Origin: an uncultured Methanoregulaceae archaeon
GTDB lineage: Archaea; Halobacteriota; Methanomicrobia; Methanomicrobiales; Methanospirillaceae
Length of the DNA: 64,000 bases
Assembly (NCBI GenBank): GCA_963705255.1
Contig: OY970061.1
Coordinates: forward strand, 1,920,001 to 1,984,000
Direction: 5' to 3'
Made by a program: the position numbers and the translations under genes
The notes under the pieces: model-generated
What the model was told of the DNA's origin: nothing
What the model saw: the letters and a program-made list of their open reading frames with translations, nothing else
Databases searched by the model: none
Shown here: positions 28,516 through 37,782 of the stretch, piece by piece
How positions within the stretch are numbered: the first letter of the stretch is position 1
Layout of the letters: each line of letters starts with the position of its first letter

Positions 28516-30564
28516 ATGTTTGAATTCGCGTTACCATTTGTGGTTATTGTAAGCGTTATTGCATTGATCGTCGCGGCATTCCTCGCACGCAGTGTCCTCT
28601 CTCAGGATGAGGGCACGCCGAAGATGCGCGAGGTCGCGGATGCAATCAGGGTGGGTGCAGAAGCATTCATCAAACGACAGTACTCGACTATTGCCATCCT
28701 GGCAATCATACTCGCTGTGGTCATCTTTGCGGTGTACTTCATCTCGGGTCAGCGGCAGCTGGCAATCGACACTGCCCTTGCGTACCTGTTCGGTGCGTTC
28801 TGTAGTGCGATGGCAGGCATCATCGGCATGTCCATTGCAGTCCGTGCAAACGTCCGCACGGCATCGGCCGCACAGACCAGCTCCGGAAAAGCGCTCGACA
28901 TCTCCTTCAGGGGCGGTGCGGTCTCCGGGCTGATCATAACCGCGATGTCACTCCTCGGTGTCTCGCTCACCTTCTATGCCCTTGGTGCAAACCCGACCGA
29001 GACCCCGTTCATCATTGTCGGGTTCGGTTTTGGTGCGTCGTTTGTCGCCCTGTTTGCCCAGCTCGGCGGCGGTATCTACACCAAGGCCGCTGACGTCGGA
29101 GCAGATCTTGTGGGCAAAGTCGAGGCAGGTATCCCTGAGGACGACGTCCGGAACCCCGCGACCATCGCAGACCTTGTCGGTGACAACGTAGGCGACTGTG
29201 CCGGGCGTGGCGCTGACCTGTTCGAATCAACCGCAGCCGAGAACATCGGTGCGATGATCCTCGGTGTGGCGCTCTTCCCGGTCTTTGGCATCAACGGCAT
29301 CCTCTTCCCGCTCGTGATGTGCGCCTTCGGCCTCATCGCAAGCATGATCGGCATCCTCTCCGTCCGCGGAAAGGACGACGCCGACCCGATGGTCGCCCTC
29401 AATCGCGGGTACTATATCACCGCCATCATCGCCGCTATCTTCTTCTACGTCGGCACCATGTGGCTCCTCGGGAACATCTGGTTCTTCTACGCCGGTCTCG
29501 TGGGTATCGTGATGTCGGTTGTCTTCCTCCGGGTGACGCTCTACTACACCGATCACAACTACCGCCCCGTGCAGGAGATAGCCGACGCGTCAGAGACCGG
29601 AGCGGCGACCAACATCATCTCCGGACTCTCGGTCGGGCTTGAGACCACCGCCATCCCGGCGATCGTCATCGGCCTCGCCCTCCTCACCTCCTACGCACTC
29701 GGTACCATGAGCGGTATTGCCAGCGGCGGGCTGTATGGTACTGCCGTAGCGACGATTGGCATGCTCTCGGTCTGTGCCTACGTCCTTGCCATGGACACGT
29801 TCGGCCCCATCGCCGACAACGCTGGCGGCATCGTCGAGATGAGCCAAGCCCCTGAATCCGTCCGCAAGCGCATGGACCGGCTCGACTCCGCGGGCAATAC
29901 CACGAAAGCGCTCACCAAGGGGTATGCGATCGGCAGTGCAGCGCTCGCCGTCTTCCTGCTCTTCAACGCTTACATGAACGACGTGGCCCACCTCATCTCC
30001 AAGCCATTTACCACCGTCAACCTCGCAGCGGTCCCGGTATTTGTCGGTGCCCTGCTCGGTGCGATGCTCATCTTCCTCTTCGCGAGCCTCGCCATCCGGG
30101 CGGTCTCCAAGACCGCACAGTATGTCATCACCGAGGTCCGTGAGCAGTTCAAGGATCCGGCCATCATGGCAGGGACCAAGAAGCCCGACTACGCCCGCGT
30201 AATCGATATCACCACGGTCGGTGCGCTCAAGAACATGGTCCTGCCCGGCATCATCGCCGTCGCGTTCCCCATCATCATCGGCGTCACCCTGAAATACGAG
30301 GCGCTCGCAGGGTTCCTGATGGTCGGCACCATCGCCGGCATCCTCCTCGCCCTCATCCTCAACAACGCAGGCGGCGCATGGGACAATGCCAAGAAATACA
30401 TCGAAGCCGGCGCCCATGGAGGCAAGGGCAGCGATGCCCACAAGGCAGCAGTCATCGGAGACACCGTCGGTGACCCGTGCAAGGACACCGCCGGCCCGTC
30501 ACTCCACGTGCTCATCAAGCTCCTCGCGACCCTGACGCTCGTGCTCGTGCCGCTCTTCATCTAA
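28516..30564 (+). CDS. hppA: Membrane-bound pyrophosphatase, K+-independent (H+-translocating) type
   Basis: GGGIYTKAADVGADLVGKVE, DNVGDCAG, GNTTK (Lys at the K+-dependence position), GGAWDNAKK, GDTVGDP.KDT.GP; GGAGGG upstream of ATG 28516. Confidence 0.93.
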   Translation: MFEFALPFVVIVSVIALIVAAFLARSVLSQDEGTPKMREVADAIRVGAEAFIKRQYSTIAILAIILAVVIFAVYFISGQRQLAIDTALAYLFGAFCSAMAGIIGMSIAVRANVRTASAAQTSSGKALDISFRGGAVSGLIITAMSLLGVSLTFYALGANPTETPFIIVGFGFGASFVALFAQLGGGIYTKAADVGADLVGKVEAGIPEDDVRNPATIADLVGDNVGDCAGRGADLFESTAAENIGAMILGVALFPVFGINGILFPLVMCAFGLIASMIGILSVRGKDDADPMVALNRGYYITAIIAAIFFYVGTMWLLGNIWFFYAGLVGIVMSVVFLRVTLYYTDHNYRPVQEIADASETGAATNIISGLSVGLETTAIPAIVIGLALLTSYALGTMSGIASGGLYGTAVATIGMLSVCAYVLAMDTFGPIADNAGGIVEMSQAPESVRKRMDRLDSAGNTTKALTKGYAIGSAALAVFLLFNAYMNDVAHLISKPFTTVNLAAVPVFVGALLGAMLIFLFASLAIRAVSKTAQYVITEVREQFKDPAIMAGTKKPDYARVIDITTVGALKNMVLPGIIAVAFPIIIGVTLKYEALAGFLMVGTIAGILLALILNNAGGAWDNAKKYIEAGAHGGKGSDAHKAAVIGDTVGDPCKDTAGPSLHVLIKLLATLTLVLVPLFI

Positions 30565-30572
30565 TTTTTTTT
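30565..30572 (+). terminator. Oligo(T) archaeal terminator after hppA
   Basis: T8 immediately after the stop codon. Confidence 0.55.
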
Positions 30573-30950
30573 GCGTTGCCCCTCGGGGGTTATCGTTCAG
30601 ACCGGAACTGCACCCGAATTCCGGCTGTTATTTCTCTACCAAGAGCTTTTTGTTTCCGGTTTTCCCTGCCCGTTTCCCGGCAGATCCGGTAACCGGCAGG
30701 CGACTTCACGAACAGAATGAAAACAGGGGTGTCTCCTGAAACCCTTCAGCACCATGACAGAGTGTACAAAAAAGTTCCTTTCCGGGTTTGCCGATCAGCT
30801 GGCAGCACAGCCCGGGTATTCCCACCGAAAGGGCCCCCTGCCCCGGATGTTTTTTGCTTATGGAGGCAGTTTGGTTGCAGCTGTGATGATCATCCCGGAA
30901 TCTTGAAAGGACGCCCCAGAGTGGGGAAGGGAGGAGGATCACCTTTCAGG

Positions 30951-31133
30951 TTACGAACAGCTTCCCAGATCGACATTCATATCAATGGAGAACCGAGTAT
31001 ACCGCTTCGGGTTCTCTTCGAACTGCTTTTTACAGTAATTGCAGCAGAAGTAATACTTCTGGTTTTTATACGTGCTCATTACCTTCGCATCGTCTTCATC
31101 TACGATTGCCAGACAGACCGGATCAGTTGCCAT
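30951..31133 (-). CDS. YHS domain protein
   Basis: DPVC...Y....YYFCC..CK..F..NP.RY. Confidence 0.88.
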   Translation of the reverse strand: MATDPVCLAIVDEDDAKVMSTYKNQKYYFCCNYCKKQFEENPKRYTRFSIDMNVDLGSCS

Positions 31134-31603
31134 GGGTCAGAACCTCCCCTGCATACAATCTATTCTCACGTTGTCCCTCATATTCCCTTGCCCGCGATCC
31201 GCTCCTGATATCTGAAATCTGCTGGCAGGATTACCTTCCGGGCGTCTCCCGTTAATTTATTCTGCCCGGTTCAAAAAAAGAACAGCTCCCTGCAGGAAGA
31301 GACAGGCTGACAGGACAGGGCGGAGTAATGTCCCCGACGGTTCGTGAAGACGGTCCCTGCCCGGAGTATCGTGCAGTCGTCACAGGCTGTACGATGACTG
31401 CGAAGCCGTCCACTGGACACGAGGGGGACTGCCGTTTTCAGGCGGCCGAAGATCTCCCTGTGGAATCGGGTGCGAACGCTGTGCGATTATCCTGAAAACT
31501 GGTTCATTCGACCGCATCCTGTCAGGTATACGCCAGAGAGCACTCGCAGATCCTCCATTCCACGCTTACCCGCGGGCTCCGGAACGTGTCTCTACCGTGT
31601 TTC

Positions 31604-34033
31604 CTATTCTCTGGTCTTCCTGAACATTCCATCCGGGATATGGATCCTGAACTGGGCGCCCCTGCCATACTCGCCGCTCTCCCGGATTACCAGAGAGGTA
31701 ATCGCAAGAACCTCCTTCACGAGGAACAGCCCGAGGCCGGTATGGGAGCCGAACCCTTTTCCGAAAATCTTCTGCTTGTCTTCAGGCAGGATCCCTCTCC
31801 CGTCATCCTCGATTATCAGGTTGAAACCGTCGGGAGCCGCTTCTCCGGTAACCCGTATTCTTGTAACGGTGCCGCCGTGCATCACGGCATTTTCAAAAAG
31901 GTTATAAAATACCATTTCCAGAAGCGGGTCGGCGAAGATCTCGATACAGGATAAGGATTCGTCTATGGAAACATGGGAGAAAACGCCGTCCTGGCATACG
32001 TTCATCGCAGAGCTGTAGACATTCTGCCAGAGAGGGTTCCTCACGCCAATATCCTGGTATTGCCGTGTAAACAGGATCTGGCTTTTGATCACCTCGCTCG
32101 CCTGCATCGCCTTTTCAATCAGCTTTCTGGCATCAGGATCCGTGATTATTTCTTCGGTCAGCCCCAGATATCCATGGAGCCCGGTCAGCTGGTTGAGGAT
32201 GTCGTGCCGGGTGATGACTGAGAGCAGGTTGAGTTTTTTGTTCGCCTCGAAGAGTGCCTGGTCAGTGCGCTTGCGCTCGGTGATGTCCCTCCCCACGGAC
32301 TGGAACTCCACCGCCATACCGTTTTCATCGAATACGGCGCGATCCGACCACTGCTGCCAGCGGATCCCGCCGTCCGGCATCCGGATCCGGTGTTCGATAG
32401 TCGCCACCGGCTGAGACGGTGTTATGGAAGAGAAATGCGCTTTGACAATCCCCATATCTTCTTTCGGAATCTCGGGCGGGCACAGAGCGCCGACAAGTTC
32501 TTTCCGGCTCTTCCCGAAATACCGGCAATACGCATCGTTGACGAACGTGAGTTTCCCATCCGGCGTGAACCGGCAGATGAACTCCGTCTGGTCCTCGACA
32601 ACGTTCCTGTACCGTTCCTCACTCCGGCGGAGTGCCTGTTCGCTTTTGCTGAGCTCGTCGTAGTTCTGGCGCAGCTCTTCCTCGGTCGCGGTCAGCTGCT
32701 CGTATGCTGCATTCAGGTCTTCATAGACGAGTCGCAGCTTCTCTTCCGCGACCATGCGATCGGTCGTATCCCTGCCGACCGACTGGAATTCAACGATCCG
32801 GCCATTCGCATCGAAGACTGCACGGTCGCTCCAGCGCTGGTAGCGCACCTCACCGGAAGGCATGATGATCCGATGTTCGATAATACCAACGGTGTTTTCA
32901 GGAGTGAACGCCGAAAGGTGTTGTTTCATCAGCTGCAGGTCTTCGGGGGGAATGACAACCGTGTGTTTCGTCCCGATACATGCGGTTTTGTCGAGACCGA
33001 AATACCGGCAGTACGCATCGTTGACGAACGTGAGTTTGCCGTCGGGCGTGAACCGGCAGATGAACTCTGTCTGGTCCTCGACAACGTTCCGGTACCGCTC
33101 CTCGCTTCGGCGGAGTGCCTGTTCGCTTTTGCTGAGCTCGTCGTAGTTCTGGCGCAGCTCTTCCTCGGTTGCAGTCAGCTGTTCATATGCTGCATGCAGA
33201 TCCTCGTTCATGCGGTTCAGTTTTTCTTCCGCTTCCTTTCGTTCGGTGACATCCCGGAGAGCAACGATTGCACCGATTACACGGCCCTGCGTGTCATAGA
33301 GCGGGGAAGCGACGAGCCAGAGGTGCGCCCCCCTCCCATTATAAACGGCAGGGCTGTGGAACTCTGACGTGATTTTATCCCCTTTCCTTTCCGTGCTAGA
33401 AGCCTGTGATTCATTCGTCCTGTCATTGTTCATGACGAGATCCACGATGTGGGGGATCTTCCCCCCATAACAGGTGATGGCCCGGGAATAGTCCCCGGTT
33501 CCAACGATCGATTCCTTCGGAATCCCGGTAATCTCCTCCATCGTCCTGTTCCAGGCTATCACTTTGTTGCTCTGGTCGATAACGAACATCGCGTCCGGAA
33601 GGAAATTGATGATATCTGCCATCCGCTGCTGCGATTCCTTCAGCTCGTCCTGCATCCGTTTCCGTTCAATGGCGTTCTTGAGCTTATATTCAAGTTCGAC
33701 GAACTGGGATGTCGGTTCGCCGCCTTTCTGGAGATAGAAGTCTGCACCGCTGTTCAGTGCCTCGATTGCAACTTCTTCCCTGCCCCTTCCGGTGAAAAGG
33801 ATGAAAGGGAGGTTCTTGTGACGCGCCCGGATAAGGCGCAGGAACTCGATGCCGTCCATGCCGGGCATCTGGTAATCGGAAATGATTCCGGCATAGTCCT
33901 GATGCTGCATCTTCTCCAGCGCTTCTCTGGCAGACGTAGCGGTATAAACCTGAAGATGGCCTGAAAGTTCAAGATAGGTTTTACCGAGATCCAGAAGGGC
34001 TGGTTCATCGTCAACGTAGAGCACATCAGGCAT
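31604..34033 (-). CDS. Hybrid sensor kinase REC-PAS-PAS-PAS-HisKA-HATPase
   Basis: VLYVDDE/SDYQMP receiver, three PAS-PAC blocks, TRHDILNQL H-box, N/G1/G2 boxes. Confidence 0.9.
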   Translation of the reverse strand: MPDVLYVDDEPALLDLGKTYLELSGHLQVYTATSAREALEKMQHQDYAGIISDYQMPGMDGIEFLRLIRARHKNLPFILFTGRGREEVAIEALNSGADFYLQKGGEPTSQFVELEYKLKNAIERKRMQDELKESQQRMADIINFLPDAMFVIDQSNKVIAWNRTMEEITGIPKESIVGTGDYSRAITCYGGKIPHIVDLVMNNDRTNESQASSTERKGDKITSEFHSPAVYNGRGAHLWLVASPLYDTQGRVIGAIVALRDVTERKEAEEKLNRMNEDLHAAYEQLTATEEELRQNYDELSKSEQALRRSEERYRNVVEDQTEFICRFTPDGKLTFVNDAYCRYFGLDKTACIGTKHTVVIPPEDLQLMKQHLSAFTPENTVGIIEHRIIMPSGEVRYQRWSDRAVFDANGRIVEFQSVGRDTTDRMVAEEKLRLVYEDLNAAYEQLTATEEELRQNYDELSKSEQALRRSEERYRNVVEDQTEFICRFTPDGKLTFVNDAYCRYFGKSRKELVGALCPPEIPKEDMGIVKAHFSSITPSQPVATIEHRIRMPDGGIRWQQWSDRAVFDENGMAVEFQSVGRDITERKRTDQALFEANKKLNLLSVITRHDILNQLTGLHGYLGLTEEIITDPDARKLIEKAMQASEVIKSQILFTRQYQDIGVRNPLWQNVYSSAMNVCQDGVFSHVSIDESLSCIEIFADPLLEMVFYNLFENAVMHGGTVTRIRVTGEAAPDGFNLIIEDDGRGILPEDKQKIFGKGFGSHTGLGLFLVKEVLAITSLVIRESGEYGRGAQFRIHIPDGMFRKTRE
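32514..33203 (-). repeat. Intragenic tandem duplication of a coiled-coil plus PAS unit (483-bp period)
   Basis: AAYEQLTATEEELRQNYDELSKSEQALRRSEERYRNVVEDQTEFICRFTPDGKLTFVNDAYCRYFG occurs twice; DNA at 32521 matches 33004. Confidence 0.9.
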
Positions 34034-34186
34034 GGTAATTTCCGGGAATGCGAAATAGACATATTAGTGTACCCATATAAAAAAAGATCGATTTTCTCCG
34101 ATGTCGAAAATATAGGTTTTCCGGGCTTTTTCACGATTAAAAAATTCCAGATGCCAATCCTTAATTTTCTGACCACGAACAGGAAA

Positions 34187-34530
34187 TCAGGACACTGGAA
34201 TCGGGATACGGGAGTCCCGACCCTCTTCACAAACAACACCGCCTTTCATGACAAAATCCACGCTTTCCGTGACCACGATATCCTCAAAGGGATCCCCGGC
34301 ATGGCGACGATATCAGCAGATCTTCCCGGGGTAAGTACGCCAATGTCGTCCCTCTGCAGGAGTTCTGCAGCCATGCCCGTCGCCGCCCGGAGCGTCCTGA
34401 CAGGGGGTTCCCATTGGTCACCATCTCACCAAACTCCCGTGCCCCGTTTGTCCGGTACGAGAAGATCCCCAAGTCCGTCCCGAAGACTGTCTTCACTGAG
34501 CCCCACATTCAAGAAAGTCATCCAGTGCCG
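34187..34530 (-). pseudogene. C-terminal remnant of an amidohydrolase-family gene
   Basis: Across frameshifts reads VFGTDLGIF..NGAREFGEMV / LRAATGMAAELL..DDIGVLTPGRSADIVAM / DPFEDI....VDFVMKGGVV; no N-terminal part seen. Confidence 0.75.
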
Positions 34531-35214
34531 TATGGTTCTCTTCTCTCATCAGTCCACTCCGGAATTATCGGTACTTTGTTCCCCGGGTTAACGCAGGACA
34601 GGATAACCCATCCGTAACGGGATGGATGAAGGATACAACAAAGAGCGCGCCTTCATACGAACAGGAGATGGAGGATAGCAAGACGCGAAAAGATCCGTTC
34701 CTGGATATTCGTCGGTATCTGACGCCGGATCAGGGAAAAAAGGAATTTTAATCATGCTCTTTTCCTGATAAGGAGCATTGTACCGCAGATCCTGATCGCT
34801 GAGATGCTATGATAAGTGTTTTAATCTGTTGTATATGTGCTCGTGATATTATCACATCGGTAGTCTCGATACAAAACCATATGCCGGATAGGCTCGAACT
34901 CAACGGAAAATATGCATTCGACGCCCTTACCGGGATCATAAGGGTAGCGAGGCCAATCAATAGAATCCCAGCCATCGACAGAGTACCGTTGTTACTCTGT
35001 GACAGTATGAGCCATTATCGATTCTAGTACTGGCGAGAAAAAGCCGCATAATCAGGGCCGGTGCTTTGACTATTTTGGTTCTTTGGCGTACTGCCGGGAA
35101 TCCCATTTACCGGCGACTAATCACCGATAGTATTCTCTTTCGGCCCGTGAGTCATTGCAAAAATATTATAATAACCTGCTTCATAGGTAACATATATAAA
35201 ATAAGAAAAATTGA

Positions 35215-35808
35215 GTGATGGATATGGCAGAAAATCTCACTGAAAGAACTCCGCAGAAGCGGGAATACCCTGATGATGAGCGGGCGAGGATCCGACAGAT
35301 CGGGTATTACACGATCTGCTTCATCATAGTCCTCGCAGGGATCGCGATTATGACACGGCTCTACCCCGCAGGGCTTGATGACATGACCAAACTGATCATT
35401 TACGTGGCCTGTTCCGGCGGTCTAGGAGGGCTTGCTTTCAGCATATACGGGTATACCAAGCACCTCCTGAAGAACGACTTCAACCTCAACGCAGTCTGGT
35501 GGTATATCATGCGCCCCTTCATCGGCATTGTCTACGGTTCTTTTGCATTTTTTTTTATTGCCGGTGGGCTCATGACATTATCCGGAACCAGCCAGCCCGT
35601 GGCCGAAACCCTGTTCACGACAAAAACCGTCATGTTCTACTGTGCACTGGCGTTCCTGACCGGGTATTCCGAGTCATCATTTACTGCCCAGCTCAAGGAA
35701 CTGGCGGAAGCTGTTTTCAAAACTCCAGAGAATAACCAGACCGGTACGCCGCCGGAGAGTACAGGGTACTGGCAGTACAAATTCGACGGATCAGTTATCA
35801 GCGGGTAA
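35215..35808 (+). CDS. Uncharacterised 4-TM membrane protein
   Basis: GGLGG, WWYIMRPFIG and LAFLTGYSE motifs; AT-rich TATA-like sequence upstream (35161-35200). Confidence 0.7.
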   Translation: MMDMAENLTERTPQKREYPDDERARIRQIGYYTICFIIVLAGIAIMTRLYPAGLDDMTKLIIYVACSGGLGGLAFSIYGYTKHLLKNDFNLNAVWWYIMRPFIGIVYGSFAFFFIAGGLMTLSGTSQPVAETLFTTKTVMFYCALAFLTGYSESSFTAQLKELAEAVFKTPENNQTGTPPESTGYWQYKFDGSVISG

Positions 35809-35963
35809 GTAAGAATTTCCCTGCCTCCTCCTTTTCGCCATGAACGGGCAGGTTGCGATCCTGCCGGTTGCATGCATCAGATACTGCCGGTCTTCCTGAA
35901 TTCCCTGAAAATATAATGGTTATTATACGACAGGATTTTATTTTCCGCGCTCCGACCCTGATC

Positions 35964-36812
35964 ATGGCCCGGCAGGAGCATGTCCACATCATCAGCGCAG
36001 GAGAGAACATCTACCCGTCCTATGCTGCAACCGTCCGCGACTATCCGGACATCACGCAGACGTTCGTCTTTGCCGATACGGAGCTCTATACCAACAGCCT
36101 CCGGGACGAAGGCGCTCTCCGCGAACAGAAAGAGGCGGCCCGGAAAGAGGTGATAAAAGTCAAATCCCTCTCGGCAACGCTTGCGATCCCTGCCTCGCTC
36201 GTGTACGTCGTACCACCGGCTGACGTGTCCGCACGCGATGCTGTCATGAAGATCCGGAAGGAGCATCCTGGCGCAAAGTTCTCGTTCGATCTCACGGCCG
36301 GATCGAAAGATCTTTCCATGGCCCTCTTCGCCATCTCGCTCTGGGTAGGCGGGAACGCGTTCTATGCGTTTGGCGGGCGGAAGAAGGGGGCAGAGAACGC
36401 AAAACTTGCGGTGCCGAAGATACCTGCGGTGAACGTGGCTGCAAACCCGAACTATATCCGGATCCTCCAGACCCTTGCACGCATACCGGGAAAACAGGAG
36501 GCTTTGGGCAGGGTGCTGCCCCGTCATTATATTTTCACTCAGCTGGAATCCTTCTATGTGCCGGTGCGGAAGAAGGGGGTGAACGTCATCCCGAATGTCA
36601 CCGGCAAGACCGACGTGAACACAGGAAAGAAGGCCATTATACCCAGGCTCAGCCAGGGGACGCTATCAAGCCTGCTCAATACTCTTGCGAGCTGGGATAT
36701 GATCCGGGAAGTACCCGGCCCGGATACCGGCAGGAAAGAAAAATACTACCGGATCACTCCCAATGGTGAGCTCGTATTGCAGCTCACCGAGATCAAACCG
36801 CGAAACGGGTGA
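35964..36812 (+). CDS. CARF-like plus winged-HTH transcriptional regulator (Csa3/DUF6293-like)
   Basis: HVHIISAG beta-1, FSFDLTAGSK (CARF D-x-T-x-G-x-K motif), C-terminal LSQGTLSSLLNTL...KYYRITPNG wHTH. Confidence 0.7.
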   Translation: MARQEHVHIISAGENIYPSYAATVRDYPDITQTFVFADTELYTNSLRDEGALREQKEAARKEVIKVKSLSATLAIPASLVYVVPPADVSARDAVMKIRKEHPGAKFSFDLTAGSKDLSMALFAISLWVGGNAFYAFGGRKKGAENAKLAVPKIPAVNVAANPNYIRILQTLARIPGKQEALGRVLPRHYIFTQLESFYVPVRKKGVNVIPNVTGKTDVNTGKKAIIPRLSQGTLSSLLNTLASWDMIREVPGPDTGRKEKYYRITPNGELVLQLTEIKPRNG

Positions 36813-36815
36813 GTG

Positions 36816-36865
36816 AGATGTACATTTGATAGTCAAATGTACAATTGATTATCAAATGTACATCT
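36816..36865. repeat. 50-bp near-perfect palindrome made of 19-bp tandem units
   Basis: AGATGTACATTTGATAGTCAAATGTACAATTGATTATCAAATGTACATCT; matches its reverse complement at 46 of 50 positions. Confidence 0.9.
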
Positions 36866-37097
36866 GACAAAAGATCCATGAGCTCACGCCGGACGAATTC
36901 GTTGAAGGGGGTAGGGGTACCCCCACAAGGACATGGTGAGGGGCGGGCATTTTTTCACGCGGATGGACGGGACCCCCGGGGGGTGAGGGGTCCTGAGGGG
37001 AATACATAAGGGGCCTTGACGCAAGCGGCGTGAACGCATACAAAACGCATTTGTTGCACAGAAACAACTCGTATATCCGGAATGGGCGTTACCCGGC

Positions 37098-37745
37098 TCA
37101 CCGGGCTTTTCCCAGCCTCACCCCCAGTTCAAACGCCCGCCTGCAGTCCTGAGGGAAGACGGTTCTGCGTCGTACCTTCCGCTCCTCCGGGTCGAAATAA
37201 CTGAAGACTACCTTTTCATAGTCCTCGAACTGGAGGGTCTCGAAGGAGAAGAGGGATTCGGCATGTCCGAACGTGCGGTTCAGAACGTTTTCATTCAGAC
37301 CGGTATGCACGGTATAATGGTACTCCTTCATCAGCTGTTCCGATACGTTCATCGTGTAAATGAACGCGGTCCGGATCTTTTCCTTGAAAAGGGACGAGGG
37401 GGGGCTGGTGTACGCGAGGTACGGGAAGAGGAGCCGCTCCATGAAGCACCGCATCATGCCGGTCACTGTCCCGAAATAGATGGGGGAGCCGAGTATGAGG
37501 GCATCAACATCCGGTATCTCTTCAAGAACGGGGGTCAGCCCGTCCTGCACGGCACATTTCCCGTAGCTCTTCCCGCCTTTCAGTTTGCATGCAAAGCAGC
37601 TGGTGCAGCCGGTGTAGTCCAAGTCATAGAGGTGGACCAGTTCTGTTTCTGCTCCCTGAGAGCCTGCACCGTCAAGGGTGTTCCGGAGCAGGGTCGCGGT
37701 ATTCCACGTCTTTCTCGGGCTTCCGTTGATTGCAAGAACTTTCAT
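37098..37745 (-). CDS. Flavodoxin-like iron-sulfur flavoprotein
   Basis: NGSPRKTWNT, CTSCFAC...C, GSPIYF. Confidence 0.85.
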   Translation of the reverse strand: MKVLAINGSPRKTWNTATLLRNTLDGAGSQGAETELVHLYDLDYTGCTSCFACKLKGGKSYGKCAVQDGLTPVLEEIPDVDALILGSPIYFGTVTGMMRCFMERLLFPYLAYTSPPSSLFKEKIRTAFIYTMNVSEQLMKEYHYTVHTGLNENVLNRTFGHAESLFSFETLQFEDYEKVVFSYFDPEERKVRRRTVFPQDCRRAFELGVRLGKAR

Positions 37746-37782
37746 GGTCGTGTTCCTTCCTGTTTTCTCAGGTGCTGCAGGT

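Noticed and set aside
30600-30950. Small ORFs between hppA and the YHS gene
   Set aside because: No motif, RBS or compositional support in any frame.
36816-36870. 19-bp repeats as a mini-CRISPR or dif site
   Set aside because: No spacers and units too short for CRISPR; the dyad spacer is 3 bp, not the 6 bp of Xer/dif sites.
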